DNA of 52,729 nucleotides from an uncultured Gammaproteobacteria bacterium (lineage in GTDB: Bacteria > Myxococcota_A > UBA9160 > SZUA-336). Each line of letters begins with the position of its first letter. Position 1 is the first letter of the stretch. The notes below the pieces were generated by a model, which had not been told where the DNA came from, searched no databases, and saw only the letters and a list, made by a program, of their open reading frames with translations. The position numbers were made by a program, and so were the translations under genes. The stretch lies in assembly GCA_964194645.1 (NCBI GenBank), contig CAXMNF010000001.1, forward strand, positions 1-52,729. The letters run 5' to 3'. Positions 14,979 through 30,339 of the stretch are shown here, piece after piece.

Positions 14979-15626
14979 CTATCTTACGCCTTTTTGCCCC
15001 TTTGGCCGATCGAGGCGGGAACCACCCACCCCGGCACCGCTCCGCTCCAGGTAGTGCCGCACGTACTTGCCCAGCACGTCGGCCTCCAGGTTGACGCGAT
15101 CGCCAGCCTCGCGTTCCCCCAGGGTCGTGGCCAGCAAGGTGTGCGGGATCAGCGCCACGGCGAACGAGTTCTGGTCGGGATCGACCACGGTAAGCGAGAC
15201 CCCGTCGACCGCGACCGACCCCTTCGGGACCAGCAGGTCGGCCAGCTCCGGCCCGCACTCGATCTCGAGCCGCACGTCGTCGCCCGCGCGCTGCAGGGCG
15301 CGCACACAGCCCGTGCCATCGACGTGGCCCTGCACGATGTGGCCGTCGAGCCGGCCAGCGGCGGGCAGCGCTCGCTCCACATTGACGTGTCCACCCGGCT
15401 GGCGCGCGCCGAGCGAGGTCTTCACGAGCGTCTCCGGGATCGCCTGGAAGCACAGACACGGGGCCGCGACCGCAGTCACCGTCAGGCAGCAGCCGTCGAG
15501 CGCCACGCTGTCCCCAACGCGCACGCCCTCGCAGAGCGGCCCGACGTCCACCTCCAGTTCCACGAGCCCGGCGACGGGCTCGCACCGCTGGATGGTCCCG
15601 ATGGCCTCGACGATGCCCGTGAACAC
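14979..15626 (-). CDS. ribE: Riboflavin synthase (alpha chain)
   Basis: MFTGIVEAIGTI... plus the duplicated lumazine-binding repeat (GDSVALDGCCLTV / KGSVAVDGVSLTV). Confidence 0.9.
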   Translation of the reverse strand: MFTGIVEAIGTIQRCEPVAGLVELEVDVGPLCEGVRVGDSVALDGCCLTVTAVAAPCLCFQAIPETLVKTSLGARQPGGHVNVERALPAAGRLDGHIVQGHVDGTGCVRALQRAGDDVRLEIECGPELADLLVPKGSVAVDGVSLTVVDPDQNSFAVALIPHTLLATTLGEREAGDRVNLEADVLGKYVRHYLERSGAGVGGSRLDRPKGQKGVR

Positions 15627-15632
15627 GCTGCC

Positions 15633-16589
15633 CTACAGCGACTTGTGCCGGAAGTTGTGCTCCGCGTCGATGTAGCGGACGGTCCCCGACTCGCTGCGCA
15701 TGACCACCGACTGGGTGAGCGCGCCCTGTGAGCGGAAGCGCACGCCTTGCAGGAAGTCTCCGGACGTGACCCCGGTTGCGGCGAACATGACGTGACCGCT
15801 GGCCAGGTCGTCCATCGAGAGCTTCGCGTTCACGTCCTCGACCCCCATCTTTCGGGCGCGCTCGGCCTCTTCGGCGTTCCGGGGCTTCAGGCGGCCCTGG
15901 AGCTCGCCTCCCACGCAGCGCAGCGCAGCGGCCGCGATCACCCCCTCCGGAGCCCCGCCGATGCCCATCAGCACGTCGACCTCGCGGTCCCGGCTGCAGG
16001 TAGCGATCGCCGCCGAGACGTCGCCGTCCTTGATCAGCTTGATCCGTGCGCCGGCCACGCGGACCTCCTCGATCAGCTTCTCGTGGCGCGGACGCTCCAG
16101 GATCACCACAGTCAGCTCGCTCACGAGCACCGACTTGGCCCCGGCAATCGCTTTCAGGTTCTCCGTGGGCTCGCGGTCGATGTCGATCACGCCCTTCGCC
16201 TCCGGACCGACGGCGATCTTGTCCATGTAGGTGTCGGGCGCGTGCAAAAAGCCGCCTTCCTCGGCGGCGGCGATCACCGAGAGGGCATTCGGTCCGCCAG
16301 TGGCACAGATCGTCGTGCCCTCCAGCGGGTCCAGCGCCAGCTCGATCTTCGGGCCGGAGCGCGTCCCGACCCGCTCTCCGATGTAGAGCATGGGCGCCTC
16401 GTCCCGCTCGCCCTCGCCGATCACCACCGTCGCGTCCATTTCCATGCGGTTCAGCGCTGTGCGCATCGCGTCGACCGCCGCCTGGTCCGCGGCGGTCTCG
16501 TCGCCGCGGCCCATGCAGCGCGTACAGGCCAGGGCCGCTGCCTCAGTCGTCCGCACCAGCTCCAGCGCCAGGTTCCGATCCATGCTCAT
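15633..16589 (-). CDS. glpX: Class II fructose-1,6-bisphosphatase
   Basis: [16 protein letters not shown]...[17 protein letters not shown]...[18 protein letters not shown] is typical GlpX. ATGA overlap with the thrC stop. Confidence 0.9.
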   Translation of the reverse strand: MSMDRNLALELVRTTEAAALACTRCMGRGDETAADQAAVDAMRTALNRMEMDATVVIGEGERDEAPMLYIGERVGTRSGPKIELALDPLEGTTICATGGPNALSVIAAAEEGGFLHAPDTYMDKIAVGPEAKGVIDIDREPTENLKAIAGAKSVLVSELTVVILERPRHEKLIEEVRVAGARIKLIKDGDVSAAIATCSRDREVDVLMGIGGAPEGVIAAAALRCVGGELQGRLKPRNAEEAERARKMGVEDVNAKLSMDDLASGHVMFAATGVTSGDFLQGVRFRSQGALTQSVVMRSESGTVRYIDAEHNFRHKSL

Positions 16590-17971
16590 TCGCCTGTCCT
16601 CCGGTCCGCGCCCGAGCCGAAGCGCCGCTCGATCTCGCGAAAGATGGTGTCGCGCACCCGGCCGTAGTCTGCCGGCAGCACGATCTCGTCATTGGCCAGC
16701 GGTGCGTCGAGCTCCTCGAGCGCGCGACGGTGATAACGCACCTTGAAATCGATGAACTTGAGCCCGTGCGCGGTGGAGAGCACGACCACGCGCTCGTCGC
16801 GCTTGATCACGCCGCGCGCCACCAACTTGCGCAACGCCGCGAGCGCCACACCGGTGTGGGGGCAGTTGAACAGGCCGGTGGCGTCGGCCTCGGCGACCGC
16901 GTCGACCAGCTCCTGCTCGCTGGCCTGTTCGACGATCCCATCGAAGCGCTGCAAGGTGGCCACGGCTCGCGGGTACGATACCGGGTTGCCGATCTGGATG
17001 GCGCTGGCCAAGGTGGGGCGAGCCTCGATCGGCTGGTACTTCTCGAAATCCGACTGGTAGCTCACGTACAGCGGATTGGCGCGCTCGGCCTGCGCACACA
17101 CGATGCGCGGCAGGCGGTCGATGATGCCCAACTCGTAGAAGTCGAGCAGTCCCTTGCCCAGAGCCGAGACGTTGCCGAGGTTGCCGCCGGGCACGACGAT
17201 CCAGTCCGGCACCTCCCAGTCGAACTGCTGCACGATCTCCATTCCGACAGTCTTCTGGCCCTCGATCCGCAGCGAGTTCATGGAGTTCGCCAGGTAGATC
17301 CCATCCGACTCGGCGATCCGCTGCACGATTCTCATGCAGCCGTCGAAGTCGGTATCGAGCGACAGGGTGATCGCACCGTTGGCGATCGGCTGGATCAGCT
17401 GCGCGATCGACACCTTCCCCTTGGGCAGCAGCACGATCGCCGGAATCCCGGCGTACGCCGAGTAGGCGGCGAGCGCGGCCGAGGTGTCGCCGGACGAGGC
17501 ACAGGCGACGGCCGGAATGCTCTGGCCCTCCGCGCGCATCTGCTGCACGACCGACACCAGAACGGTCATGCCCAGGTCCTTGAAGCTGCCGGTATGCGTG
17601 TTGCCGCACAGCTTGAGCCACAGATCGTCCAGGCCAATGCGCTGACCGTAGCGCCGCGCCCAGAACAGGTTCGTGTTGCCCTCGTACATCGAGACGATGT
17701 TCTCGTCGTCGACGGTCGGGCAGACCAGCTCTCGCTTGCCCCAGACACCGCTGCCGTACGGCCAGCCCGTGGTGTGCCCGCGCTCGACCAGAAGCTGCTT
17801 CCATTGCTCGGCCGAGCGCAGCTTGAGCGCCTCCATGTCGTGGCTGACCATCAGCAGGCCATTGCACCTCGGGCAGCGGTAGATCACCTCGGTCAATGGC
17901 CAGCGGCCCTCGCAGCCCGCGAAGCACTCGAACCAGGCCGACAGGATCGCCTCGGGGTTCGGGCCCGGCAC
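16586..17971 (-). CDS. thrC: Threonine synthase (with N-terminal Cys-x2-Cys ribbon)
   Basis: PLP-lysine motif [12 protein letters not shown] and N-terminal [13 protein letters not shown] start 1 nt after the hom stop. Confidence 0.9.
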   Translation of the reverse strand: MPGPNPEAILSAWFECFAGCEGRWPLTEVIYRCPRCNGLLMVSHDMEALKLRSAEQWKQLLVERGHTTGWPYGSGVWGKRELVCPTVDDENIVSMYEGNTNLFWARRYGQRIGLDDLWLKLCGNTHTGSFKDLGMTVLVSVVQQMRAEGQSIPAVACASSGDTSAALAAYSAYAGIPAIVLLPKGKVSIAQLIQPIANGAITLSLDTDFDGCMRIVQRIAESDGIYLANSMNSLRIEGQKTVGMEIVQQFDWEVPDWIVVPGGNLGNVSALGKGLLDFYELGIIDRLPRIVCAQAERANPLYVSYQSDFEKYQPIEARPTLASAIQIGNPVSYPRAVATLQRFDGIVEQASEQELVDAVAEADATGLFNCPHTGVALAALRKLVARGVIKRDERVVVLSTAHGLKFIDFKVRYHRRALEELDAPLANDEIVLPADYGRVRDTIFREIERRFGSGADRRTGE

Positions 17972-17972
17972 G

Positions 17973-19280
17973 CTAGATCTCCCGCTCGATGCGGATCAGC
18001 TGGGGCTGGACCCCGACCTCGCGGCTCGCTGCGATCTCGGCGAGCGCCTGACGCAGCGCGGCCTCCTTGGCCATGTGAGTGGTGATCACGACCGGCACCA
18101 GCTCGGACGCGTGCCGTTCGGGCTGCAGGAGCGAGGCGATGCTGATGCCGCCGGCGGCCAGCGGGCCAGTGATGCCGGCCAGGACGCCCGGGCGGTCCGG
18201 CACGGAGAAGCGCAGGTAGTACTCGCACTCGAGATCTTCGAGCCGGCGCAGCGGCAGGTCGCGCAGCCGCGGCGTCCCGAGCGGGGGCACGCGCCCCCTG
18301 GCCCCGAGGCGCGCTCCGCGCGCCAACTCCATGACGTCGGCGAGCACCGCGCTGGCAGTCGGCAGCGACCCGGCGCCGGCGCCGTAGTAGAGCGTCGGTC
18401 CCGACATGCGGCCGCGCACTTCGATCGCGTTCATCGAGCCATCGACGCGCGCCAGCACGCTCGTCTCCGGAATCATCGTGGGGTGGACGCGGGCCTCGAC
18501 CTCGCCGTCGCGCAGCTTGGCCAGCGCGAGCAGCTTGATCCGCAGGCCGAACTGGCGGGCGTACTCGATGTCGAGCGGGGCGATCCGCTCGATGCCCTCG
18601 CTGGCGATCCGATCGGAATCGGCGCGCACGCCAAGCGCGAGGCCCAGCAGGATGGTCAGCTTTTGGCGCGAGTCGGTCCCGTCCACATCGAAGGTCGGGT
18701 CGGCTTCCGCGTAGCCCAGGTCCTGCGCGCGCTTCAGGCAGGCTTCGTAGGGCTCCCCGTACTCATCCATCTGGGACAGGATGTAGTTGCAGGTGCCGTT
18801 CACGATGCCGGCCAGCGACTCGATGCGGTCCGCGCACAGACCCTCGCGCAGCGCGCGCAGCACCGGGATCGTGCCGCCCACGCTGGCCTCGAACGCGATC
18901 TCGCGGCCGTGTGCAAGGGCCGCCCGGTAGATCTCCTCGCCGCAGCTCGCCAGCAAGGCCTTGTTCGCCGTGACCACGTGCTTGCCGGCAGCCAGGGACG
19001 CCAGCACGATCTCGCGCGCGACGCCGGTGCCACCCACCAGCTCGACCACGATCTCGATGCCCGGGTCGTCCAGCAGCTCGCGCCACTCCGCCGTCATGCG
19101 GTAGCCGTCGAGCGACACGCCGCGGTCCCGCGCAAGATCGATGTCCGCGATCGCAGCCAACTCGAGCGGGAAGCCGAGCCGCTCGTCGACCAGCTCGCCG
19201 TGCTCCTGGAAGAGCGTCACCAGGCCCGTGCCGATCGTTCCGAGGCCGACCAGGCCCGCGCGCACGGCGCCGTCAGACAT
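17973..19280 (-). CDS. hom: Homoserine dehydrogenase
   Basis: N-terminal [11 protein letters not shown] Rossmann motif, catalytic-domain blocks ([19 protein letters not shown]) and a C-terminal ACT-like region. Confidence 0.9.
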   Translation of the reverse strand: MSDGAVRAGLVGLGTIGTGLVTLFQEHGELVDERLGFPLELAAIADIDLARDRGVSLDGYRMTAEWRELLDDPGIEIVVELVGGTGVAREIVLASLAAGKHVVTANKALLASCGEEIYRAALAHGREIAFEASVGGTIPVLRALREGLCADRIESLAGIVNGTCNYILSQMDEYGEPYEACLKRAQDLGYAEADPTFDVDGTDSRQKLTILLGLALGVRADSDRIASEGIERIAPLDIEYARQFGLRIKLLALAKLRDGEVEARVHPTMIPETSVLARVDGSMNAIEVRGRMSGPTLYYGAGAGSLPTASAVLADVMELARGARLGARGRVPPLGTPRLRDLPLRRLEDLECEYYLRFSVPDRPGVLAGITGPLAAGGISIASLLQPERHASELVPVVITTHMAKEAALRQALAEIAASREVGVQPQLIRIEREI

Positions 19281-20457
19281 GGCAGAGCATCCGGCGGATG
19301 CCGCGCACGGCCTGGCGGGTGCGGTGGCTGTTCTCGATCAGCGCGAAGCGCACGTAGCCCTCGCCCGCCGGGCCGAAACCGGCACCCGGCGACAGCGCCA
19401 CGTCGGCCTCCTGCAGCAGCTTCTTGGAAAACTCGAGTGAGCCGAGCTCCGCAAAGGGCTCGGGAATCGGCGCCCAGACGAACATCGTCGCCTGCGGCTT
19501 CTCGATCTTCCAGCAGGACGGCCCGGGCGCGCCCAGTCCGTCCACCAGCGCGTCGCGGCGCTCGCGGTATTCCCCCACGATCTCGGCCACGCAGTCCTGC
19601 GGACCGTCGAGTGCGATGATGGCCGCGATCTGGATGGGCTGGAAGGTGCCGTAGTCGAGGTAGCTCTTGACCCGCGCCAGGGCCGCAATCATCTCCTCGC
19701 TGCCCGCCGCGAAGCCCACGCGCCAGCCGGCCATCGAGTGCGACTTGGAGAGCGACGTGAACTCGATCGCGACCTCGCGCGCACCGGGCACTTGCAGCAC
19801 GCTCGGCGGCTGGTAGCCGTCGAAGCACAGCTCGGAATAGGCCAGGTCGTGCACCAGGATCAGCTCGTTCTCGCGACAGAACTCGACCAACTGGGTCATG
19901 AACGCCAGGTCCACGATGGTAGTAGTCGGGTTGTGCGGGAATGAGCAGATGATCATCTTCGGTCGTGGCCAGGCCTCCTGCACGGCCTCGGCCATCCGCC
20001 CCAGCAGGCCATCCAGCGGCAGCAGCGGCACACGCCGCATGTCGCCTCCGGCGATCACCACCGAGAAGCTGTGGATCCCGTAGCAGGGGTCCGGCACCAG
20101 CACCGTGTCGCCGCGCGAGATCGCCGCCAGCACGAAGTGCGAAAGGCCCTCCTTGGCCCCGATCGTGTTGATCACCTCGCGGTCCTGATCCAGCTCCACG
20201 CCGTAGCGCCGCTGGTACCAGCGCGTGATCGCGCGGCGCAGGTTCGGCAGGCCGCGCGATGAGGAATAGCGGTGATTGCGCGGATCGCGCGCCGCCTCGA
20301 CCAGCTTCTGGACGATGTGCGGCGGCGTGGGCAGGTCGGGGTTGCCGAAACCCAGGTCGATCACGTCGCGGCCCGCGCGGCGAGCCGCGAGCTTCAGCTC
20401 GTTCACGATCGAGAGCGTGTACGGCGGGATCCGGTCGACCTTCTCAAAGCGCGACAT
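19273..20457 (-). CDS. Class I/II PLP-dependent aminotransferase (AlaC/AspC-like)
   Basis: IDLGFGNPDLPTP, ...HRYSSSRG..., and PLP-lysine motif SLSKSHSMAGWRVGF. Confidence 0.85.
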   Translation of the reverse strand: MSRFEKVDRIPPYTLSIVNELKLAARRAGRDVIDLGFGNPDLPTPPHIVQKLVEAARDPRNHRYSSSRGLPNLRRAITRWYQRRYGVELDQDREVINTIGAKEGLSHFVLAAISRGDTVLVPDPCYGIHSFSVVIAGGDMRRVPLLPLDGLLGRMAEAVQEAWPRPKMIICSFPHNPTTTIVDLAFMTQLVEFCRENELILVHDLAYSELCFDGYQPPSVLQVPGAREVAIEFTSLSKSHSMAGWRVGFAAGSEEMIAALARVKSYLDYGTFQPIQIAAIIALDGPQDCVAEIVGEYRERRDALVDGLGAPGPSCWKIEKPQATMFVWAPIPEPFAELGSLEFSKKLLQEADVALSPGAGFGPAGEGYVRFALIENSHRTRQAVRGIRRMLCHV

Positions 20458-21409
20458 GGCCGCTCTCCTGCGCCGCCGTCACACGCAGCAACGCCGTGTC
20501 GCGCAGCAACGCCAGCGCGTCGCCTGCGTGGAAGGAGCTGCGCACCAGCGGGCCACTCGCCACGTGCCGGAAACCGAGTGCGCGAGCCTCGACCGCCAGC
20601 GCGTCGAACTCGGCCGGATCCAGGTAGCGCGCGACCTCAAGGTGGCGCAGTGTAGGGCGCAGGTACTGCCCGAGCGTCACGCAGTCCACGTCGCAGGTGC
20701 GCAGGTCACGCAGCACACAGCGCAGCTCGTCGCGAGTCTCGCCCAGCCCGAGCATCAGGCCGGACTTGGTGAGCAGCGCCGGCTGCTCCCTGCGCGCCCG
20801 CGCTAGCAACTCAAGCGAGCGCTCGTAGCGCGCCGCCGGCCGCACAGCGCGGTACAGGCGCGGAACCGTCTCGAGGTTGTGGTTGAACAGGTCCGGCCGC
20901 GCCTCGAGCACGCAGGCGAGAGCCGCCGCGTCGCCCTGGAAGTCGGGGGTGAGCACCTCGAGCGTGGTGCGCGGCGACACTGCGCGCACCGCGCGGATCG
21001 TGGCCGCGAACTGAGCGGCTCCCCCGTCCGGCAGGTCGTCGCGATTCACGCTGGTGAGCACCGCGTGCGCCAGCCCCAGGCGCCGCACGGCCTCGGCGAC
21101 CCGCCCGGGCTCCGCGCGATCCACGAGCGCAGGCCGGCCGGTGGCAACGTTGCAGAAGCGGCAGGTGCGCGTACACACCGGGCCGAGCAGCATGAACGTG
21201 GCGGTCCCCTGGGCGAAACAGCTGCCGATGTTCGGGCAGCGCGCCTCCTCGCAGACGGTGTGGAGCCGGAGCGAGCGCAGCCGGCGCTTCATGCTGGCCA
21301 CGGCGGGCGTCCGCCGCGCGCCCGGCCGGCAGTGCTGCGGAAGCCGCTCGCGGGGCCGCGCAGGTCGCTTCGCGCGGGCCTCGCGCGTCTGGAGATCGGT
21401 GCGGTTCAT
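20444..21409 (-). CDS. lipA: Lipoyl synthase (radical SAM)
   Basis: LHTVCEEARCPNIGSC and CTRTCRFCNV cluster motifs. Confidence 0.9.
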   Translation of the reverse strand: MNRTDLQTREARAKRPARPRERLPQHCRPGARRTPAVASMKRRLRSLRLHTVCEEARCPNIGSCFAQGTATFMLLGPVCTRTCRFCNVATGRPALVDRAEPGRVAEAVRRLGLAHAVLTSVNRDDLPDGGAAQFAATIRAVRAVSPRTTLEVLTPDFQGDAAALACVLEARPDLFNHNLETVPRLYRAVRPAARYERSLELLARARREQPALLTKSGLMLGLGETRDELRCVLRDLRTCDVDCVTLGQYLRPTLRHLEVARYLDPAEFDALAVEARALGFRHVASGPLVRSSFHAGDALALLRDTALLRVTAAQESGHVAL

Positions 21410-21478
21410 GGCGCCGGGGCGAGGGTATGCGAGGCCGGAATCCGCTGCAATCCCAGAGCGTTCCGGCTCCCGGCCGCC

Positions 21479-23827
21479 TCAGGCGATGCTGCCCAGATCG
21501 AGCCTCCGGCCCCAGCGCTGGCCGATCGCGGCGCGCAGCGCCGGGTGCCGTTGCAGGGCCGGATCCCCGCCAACCAGGCGCTCCGCGGCCGCGCGGACCG
21601 GGGGGAGAAGGTCCGCGTGGCGCACCAGGTCTGCCAGCCGCAGCTCAGGCAGGTGGCCGGCCTGGCGGGTGCCGAGCCACTCGCCGGCGCCCCGGATGGC
21701 AAGGTCCTGCTCGGCGATGTCGAAGCCGCTCTGGCTGCTCTCGAGGACCGCCAGGCGCCGCGACGCGGCTTCGCCCTGTGGATCGGCGAACAGGATGGCG
21801 CGGCCCGGAATCCCGCCGCGCCCCACCCGCCCGCGCAGCTGGTGCAGTTGGGCCAGTCCGAAGCGCTCCGCGTGCTGCACGATCAAGAGCGTCGCATTGG
21901 CCACATCGACACCCACCTCGATGACCGTCGTGCAGACCAGCAACTGCACGTCTCCGGCGGCGAAAGCGTCCATTGCGGCCGCGCGTTGGCGCGCGTCGAT
22001 CCGGCCGTGCAGCAACGCCACGCGCGCTTCCGGCAGCGCGCGCTGCAGGCGCTCGAAGCCGCGCGTCGCGTCGAGCAGGTCCTGCTTCTCCGACTCCTCG
22101 ACCAGCGGGTAGACGACATAGGCCTGCTCCCCGCGCGCCAGCGTCTCGCGTAGCTCGCCCAGTACGGCACGGGCCGCATCTGGAGGCACCACGCGCGTGT
22201 GCACCGGCGCGCGTCCGGGCGGGCGCTCGCGCAGCAGCGAGTGGTCCTGGTCCCCGAACAGGGTGAGCGACAGCGAGCGCGGGATTGGCGTGGCGGACAT
22301 GGCCAACACGTGCGGCTGCTCGCCCTTGCGGCCCAGCCTCTGGCGCTGCTCTACGCCAAAGCGGTGCTGCTCGTCGATCACGACCAGGCGCAGCCTCGGC
22401 AACGCGACTCTCTCGCCCAGGAGCGCGTGGGTGCCCACCACGATCGCCAGCTCTCCAGCCGTGAGCGCACGCTCGATGCTGCGCCGTTCGGCCGCTGGAG
22501 TGCTGCCCGTGAGCAGCGCCACGCGCAGCCCGAGCGGGCCCGCGAGCGCTCGGAAGGTTCGCAGATGCTGCTCGGCCAGGATCTCGGTCGGGGCGGCGAC
22601 CGCCGTGACACCGCCGGCCGCATGCGCGGCGACCGCGCCCAGTACGGCGAGCACCGTCTTGCCGGTCCCGACGTCGCCAACCAGCAAGCGGCTCATCGGC
22701 CTGGGACGGCACAGGTCCGCTGCGATCTCCCGCCAGACCTGCTGCTGGTCGCCCGTCAGCTCGAACGGCAGGCTCGCCAGCGCGCGGCGCACCTCGGGCC
22801 CCTGCGCCGGCAGCGGCTTGCCCGGCCGCCGGGCGCGCGCGTCGCGCCGCACCACCAGCCCCGCCTGCAGCAGGAACAGCTCCTCGGCCACCAGGCGCAG
22901 GTGGTACGGCGTGCGCCGCTCGCGCAGCTCGACGGGATCCAGGTGCACGCCCGGGCGGTGCACCTGGCGCAGCGCTTCGCCGACGTCCGGCAGGCCGAGC
23001 TCGGCGGCCGTGGCCTCGGGCAGGTGAGCGTCCACCAGGTCCGATGCCAGCGAAACGGCCGCATGGACGATGCGCCGCAGGGTGCGCCCCGGAACTCCTT
23101 CGCCGGTCGAGTAGACCGGCACGATCCGCGCCAGGCTGTCCTGTGCCACGTCGCTGGCCAGGATCTCGATCTCCGGGTGGTGCAGCTCCTTCGCGTAGCG
23201 ATAGCGGCGCACGTCGCCCGCTACGAGCACGTGCTGACCGGGCGCCAGACGATCGCGGAAGTGCTGCAGCCCGCGGAACCACTTGAGCGAAACCGCGCCG
23301 GTGCCGTCCGAGACAACGGCCTCCAGGAAGCTGCGGCCGTTGCGCAGCGGCACCACGCCGGCGCGCACGACGTTGCCCTCGAAGCAGGCGCGCTGCCCCA
23401 CCTTGAGCTCCTCGATGGAAAGCAGCTCGCGGCGGTCTTCGTAGGAGCGCGGCAACAGGAACAACAGGTCCTGGATCGTGCCGACTTCGCGTTGGGCGAG
23501 CGTGCGCGCGATCTTCGGTCCCACGCCCGGCACCCGCTCGGTGGAGAGAGCCAGGGCGCGCGCCGGATACGCGGGATCCAGCAGCGGGCCGAGCCGGGCC
23601 AGGCCAGCCTTGGCCAGGGCCGCGTCCAGCTCGCCGCCCTCCAGGAGCGTCGCCAGGTCGGCCAGGCGGCGCCGAGCGTCCGGCGGCAACTCGAGGCGCT
23701 GCGCGCGCGCCAGGGCCGCGAGCACCGCCTCGCGCGCGTTCACTGCGCGCTCCAGCTTGTCGGGGTGCTCCCCGACGAACTCGAGCGGCCCTCGCAGCGC
23801 CTGGATCGCGTCCCCGAAGCGCGACAC
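21479..23827 (-). CDS. recG: ATP-dependent DNA helicase RecG
   Basis: LPFELTGDQQQV, Walker A GDVGTGKT, DEQHRFG box, and helicase C motifs (QLHQLRGRVGRG). GTG start with AGGAG upstream. Confidence 0.9.
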   Translation of the reverse strand: MSRFGDAIQALRGPLEFVGEHPDKLERAVNAREAVLAALARAQRLELPPDARRRLADLATLLEGGELDAALAKAGLARLGPLLDPAYPARALALSTERVPGVGPKIARTLAQREVGTIQDLLFLLPRSYEDRRELLSIEELKVGQRACFEGNVVRAGVVPLRNGRSFLEAVVSDGTGAVSLKWFRGLQHFRDRLAPGQHVLVAGDVRRYRYAKELHHPEIEILASDVAQDSLARIVPVYSTGEGVPGRTLRRIVHAAVSLASDLVDAHLPEATAAELGLPDVGEALRQVHRPGVHLDPVELRERRTPYHLRLVAEELFLLQAGLVVRRDARARRPGKPLPAQGPEVRRALASLPFELTGDQQQVWREIAADLCRPRPMSRLLVGDVGTGKTVLAVLGAVAAHAAGGVTAVAAPTEILAEQHLRTFRALAGPLGLRVALLTGSTPAAERRSIERALTAGELAIVVGTHALLGERVALPRLRLVVIDEQHRFGVEQRQRLGRKGEQPHVLAMSATPIPRSLSLTLFGDQDHSLLRERPPGRAPVHTRVVPPDAARAVLGELRETLARGEQAYVVYPLVEESEKQDLLDATRGFERLQRALPEARVALLHGRIDARQRAAAMDAFAAGDVQLLVCTTVIEVGVDVANATLLIVQHAERFGLAQLHQLRGRVGRGGIPGRAILFADPQGEAASRRLAVLESSQSGFDIAEQDLAIRGAGEWLGTRQAGHLPELRLADLVRHADLLPPVRAAAERLVGGDPALQRHPALRAAIGQRWGRRLDLGSIA

Positions 23828-23836
23828 GCGGGACTC

Positions 23837-27008
<3,172 letters not shown>

Positions 27009-27025
<17 letters not shown>

Positions 27026-28142
27026 GGTGCTCCTCTACCACTTCGCGGAAGCGCGCGAACAGATAGCCCGCATCGTGCGGGCCGGGCGACGCCTCCGGGT
27101 GATACTGCACGGAGAAGAGGGGCAGCTTGCGGTGTCGCAGCCCTTCCACCGTGCCGTCGTTCAGGTTGCGGTGCGTGATCTCCAGGTCGGGATCGTCGGC
27201 GAGCGGCTGCTCCGAGAGCGCGAAGCCGTGGTTCTCCGAGGCGATCATCACGCGCCCGCTGGCCAGGTCCTGGGCGGGCTGGTTGGCGCCGTGGTGCCCG
27301 AAGCGCAGCTTCTCGCTGCGCCCGCCGAGCGCCAACCCCAGGATCTGATGGCCCAAGCAGATGCCGAAGATCGGCCGGGCGCCGATCAGCTCGCGCACCG
27401 TCTCGCACACGTGAGGCACGGCGCCGGGATCCCCCGGCCCGTTCGACAGGAAGATCCCATCGGGCTCGAGCGCGAGTGCGTCGCGGGCGGAGGTCCCGGC
27501 CGGCACGACGGTCACGTCGAAGCCCTGGTCGACCAGCAGGCGCAAGATGTTGCGCTTCACGCCCAGGTCGTAGGCGACCACGCGCAGCCGCTGCGCCGGC
27601 GGCTCGGCGGGTATCCAGTCGTTTCCGAGCCGCCACTCGTAGGGCTCGGCGCAGGTTACCTCGTCGACCAGATTGCGGCCCTCCATGGACGGGAGCTCCC
27701 GGGCGCGGGCAACCAGGCCGCGAGGATCGGTCTGGCCGTGCACGATCACCCCGTTCGTCGCGCCGCACTCCCGGATGTGCCGCACCAGCGCGCGCGTGTC
27801 GATGTCGCTGATGCCCGGCACGCCGTGCCGCTCCAGGTAGGCATGCAGCGACTCGCGGGCGCGCCACGACGAGGGGTAGTCCACGTGGTCGCGCACCACG
27901 AAGCCGCCCAGGAAGAGCCCGCGCGACTCCTCGTCTTCGGGGTTCACGCCCACGTTCCCGATCTCCGGATAGGTCATGCACACGATCTGTCCGGCATACG
28001 AAGGGTCGGTCAGGATCTCCTGGTAGCCGGTCATGCCGGTGTGGAACACCACCTCGCCAGCGCCCGCGCGGCTCGCGCCGAACGCGCGCCCCGTGTAGAC
28101 GGTGCCGTCCGCCAGGGCCAGGTGTGCGACGCCGCCGCTCAA
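27009..28142 (-). CDS. carA: Carbamoyl-phosphate synthase small (glutaminase) subunit
   Basis: [15 protein letters not shown]-terminus and GATase triad region [10 protein letters not shown]. The TTG start forms a TTGA overlap with the pyrC stop. Confidence 0.95.
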
Positions 28143-29431
28143 GCCCGGGTCTCCTCGTCCAGGTCGTGCACCAGCCGCCCGCCGACCCAGGTGCGCACGG
28201 CGCGTCCCTGTAGCTCACGGCCCAGCCAGGGCGAGTTCTTGGAGCGCGAGTGGAGCGCCGACGCGTCCACCTTCCAGATGCGCTCGGGATCGATCAGGGC
28301 AAGATCGGCCGGGGCCCCGGGCTCGAGCGTGCCCGCGGGCAGTCCCAGCACGCGCGCGGGGCGCGTCGACAGCACGTCGATCGCCTGCAGCGCCCCGAGC
28401 CGCTCGGTGCGCACCAGCTCCAGCAGCACCGGGAGGGCGGTCTCCAGGCCCACGATGCCGAACGGCGCGGCGCTGTACTCCACGTCCTTCTCGTAGAGGG
28501 CGTGGGGCGCGTGGTCGGTGGCCACGCAGTCCAGGTGACCCTGGGCCAGTCCATCGAGCAGCGCCTCGCGGTCGCGCGCTGGGCGCAGGGGCGGCGCCAT
28601 CTTGGTGTTGGTGTCGTAGCCCAGGATCTCCTGGTCGCTGAGCGCCAGGTGGTGAGGCGTCACCTCGGCCGTGACCCGCACGCCGGCCTCGCGGGCCTCG
28701 GCGATCATCTGGACCGAGCGGGCCGCCGACACGTGCGCGATGTGCAGGCGCGCCCCGGTGAGCCGCGCCAACTCCAGGTCGCGAGCCACCATCACCGTCT
28801 CGGCCTCGGCCGGGGCGCCGGGCAGGCCGCAGCAGGTGGCGTGCGATCCCTCGTGCACCACGCCCGAGCCGCGCAGGCGAAGATCCTCGCAGTGCGAGAT
28901 CACGGTGCGGTCGATACCGCTGGCGTACTCGAGCACGCGGCGCATCACGCCAGCGTCCATGATCGGGTGACCATCATCCGAAAAGGCCACGGCGCCGGCC
29001 TCGGCCAGGCTAGCCATCTCGGACATGATCTCGCCGCGCAGCCCCTGGGTCGCGGCGGCGATCACCTGCACGCGCACGTGCGCGACCTGGCGGGCCCGCC
29101 GCTGGATGAACTCGGTGACGGCCGGACTGTCGTTCACCGGATCGGTGTTCGCCATGCAGCAGACCCTGGTGTAGCCGCCCGCCGCCGCGGCGCGGGTACC
29201 GCTCTCGATGTCTTCCTTGTACTCCTGGCCGGGGTCGCGCAGGTGCGTGTGCAGATCGACCAGTCCCGGCACGAGCCACAACCCATCGACCTCGAGCGTC
29301 TGGTCCGCCGGCCCCACGGGCGACGGCTCGAGCGCAGCGATCCGCCCGTCTTCGATGTCGAGCGCCAGGCGCTCATCGACGCCGCGCGACGGGTCCAGCA
29401 CGCGGGCGCCCAGGATGCGCAGCCGGCTCAC
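28139..29431 (-). CDS. pyrC: Dihydroorotase
   Basis: [13 protein letters not shown] metal-binding motif and ...ATDHAPH.... Track ORF trimmed to GTG 29429..29431 ([14 protein letters not shown]), a GTGA overlap with the pyrB stop. Confidence 0.9.
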   Translation of the reverse strand: MSRLRILGARVLDPSRGVDERLALDIEDGRIAALEPSPVGPADQTLEVDGLWLVPGLVDLHTHLRDPGQEYKEDIESGTRAAAAGGYTRVCCMANTDPVNDSPAVTEFIQRRARQVAHVRVQVIAAATQGLRGEIMSEMASLAEAGAVAFSDDGHPIMDAGVMRRVLEYASGIDRTVISHCEDLRLRGSGVVHEGSHATCCGLPGAPAEAETVMVARDLELARLTGARLHIAHVSAARSVQMIAEAREAGVRVTAEVTPHHLALSDQEILGYDTNTKMAPPLRPARDREALLDGLAQGHLDCVATDHAPHALYEKDVEYSAAPFGIVGLETALPVLLELVRTERLGALQAIDVLSTRPARVLGLPAGTLEPGAPADLALIDPERIWKVDASALHSRSKNSPWLGRELQGRAVRTWVGGRLVHDLDEETRA

Positions 29432-30339
29432 GAATCGGCTCCGGTCAGCAAGTAGAGGGCGGCCATGCGCACGGCGACTCCGTTGGTCACCTGGTCCAGG
29501 ATGCGCGAGGGCTCGGAGTCGGCCACGTCGCTGGCGATCTCGACCCCCCGGTTGATCGGGCCGGGGTGTAGCACGATCGCGTCGGGCCGCGCGCGCGCCA
29601 GGCGCGCCCGGGTCAGTCCCCAGCAGCGTGCGTACTCGCGCACGCCCGGGAAGAGTGCGCCCTCCAGCCGCTCCTGCTGGATGCGCAGCATGCAGACCAC
29701 GTCGGCGCCGTCGAGAGCTTCGTCGAGGCTGGAGCACGGCTTCACGCCGAGCTGCTCGATCCCTACAGGGATCATGGTCGGGGGTCCCGCCAGCCGCACC
29801 TCTGCGCCGAGCTTCGTGAACACGTGCACGTCGGAGCGCGCCACGCGGCTGTGCGCGATGTCGCCCACGATCGCGATGCTGCGGCCCTCGATGCCGCCCA
29901 GCGCCTGTCGCACCGTGAACGCGTCGAGGAGACCCTGAGTGGGGTGCTCGTGCGCCCCGTCGCCGGCGTTGATCACCGGCACCCGCACCCGCTCGGCAAG
30001 CATCTGCGGCACGCCTGCGGTGCGATCGCGAACCACCAGCACGTCGGCGTTCATGGCGGCCAGGTTGCGGGCCATGTCCGCCAGGGTCTCGGCCTTCGAC
30101 AGGCTCGAGCCCGCGGCGGATACGTTCACCGCATCCGCCGACAGGCGCTTGGCCGCGATCTCGAAGGAGACGCGCGTGCGCGTCGAGGGCTCCAGGAACA
30201 GGTTGATCACGGTGCGGCCGCGCAGCGTCGGGACACGCTTGATCTCGCGCTGCGAGATCTCGAGCATCGCCTCAGCGGTGTCGAGCAGGCGCACCACCTC
30301 CTCGCGCGACAGGTCTTCGATGCCGAGCAGGTGTCTCAT
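29428..30339 (-). CDS. pyrB: Aspartate carbamoyltransferase catalytic subunit
   Basis: [14 protein letters not shown]..., [36 protein letters not shown] overlap with the pyrR stop. Confidence 0.95.
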   Translation of the reverse strand: MRHLLGIEDLSREEVVRLLDTAEAMLEISQREIKRVPTLRGRTVINLFLEPSTRTRVSFEIAAKRLSADAVNVSAAGSSLSKAETLADMARNLAAMNADVLVVRDRTAGVPQMLAERVRVPVINAGDGAHEHPTQGLLDAFTVRQALGGIEGRSIAIVGDIAHSRVARSDVHVFTKLGAEVRLAGPPTMIPVGIEQLGVKPCSSLDEALDGADVVCMLRIQQERLEGALFPGVREYARCWGLTRARLARARPDAIVLHPGPINRGVEIASDVADSEPSRILDQVTNGVAVRMAALYLLTGADS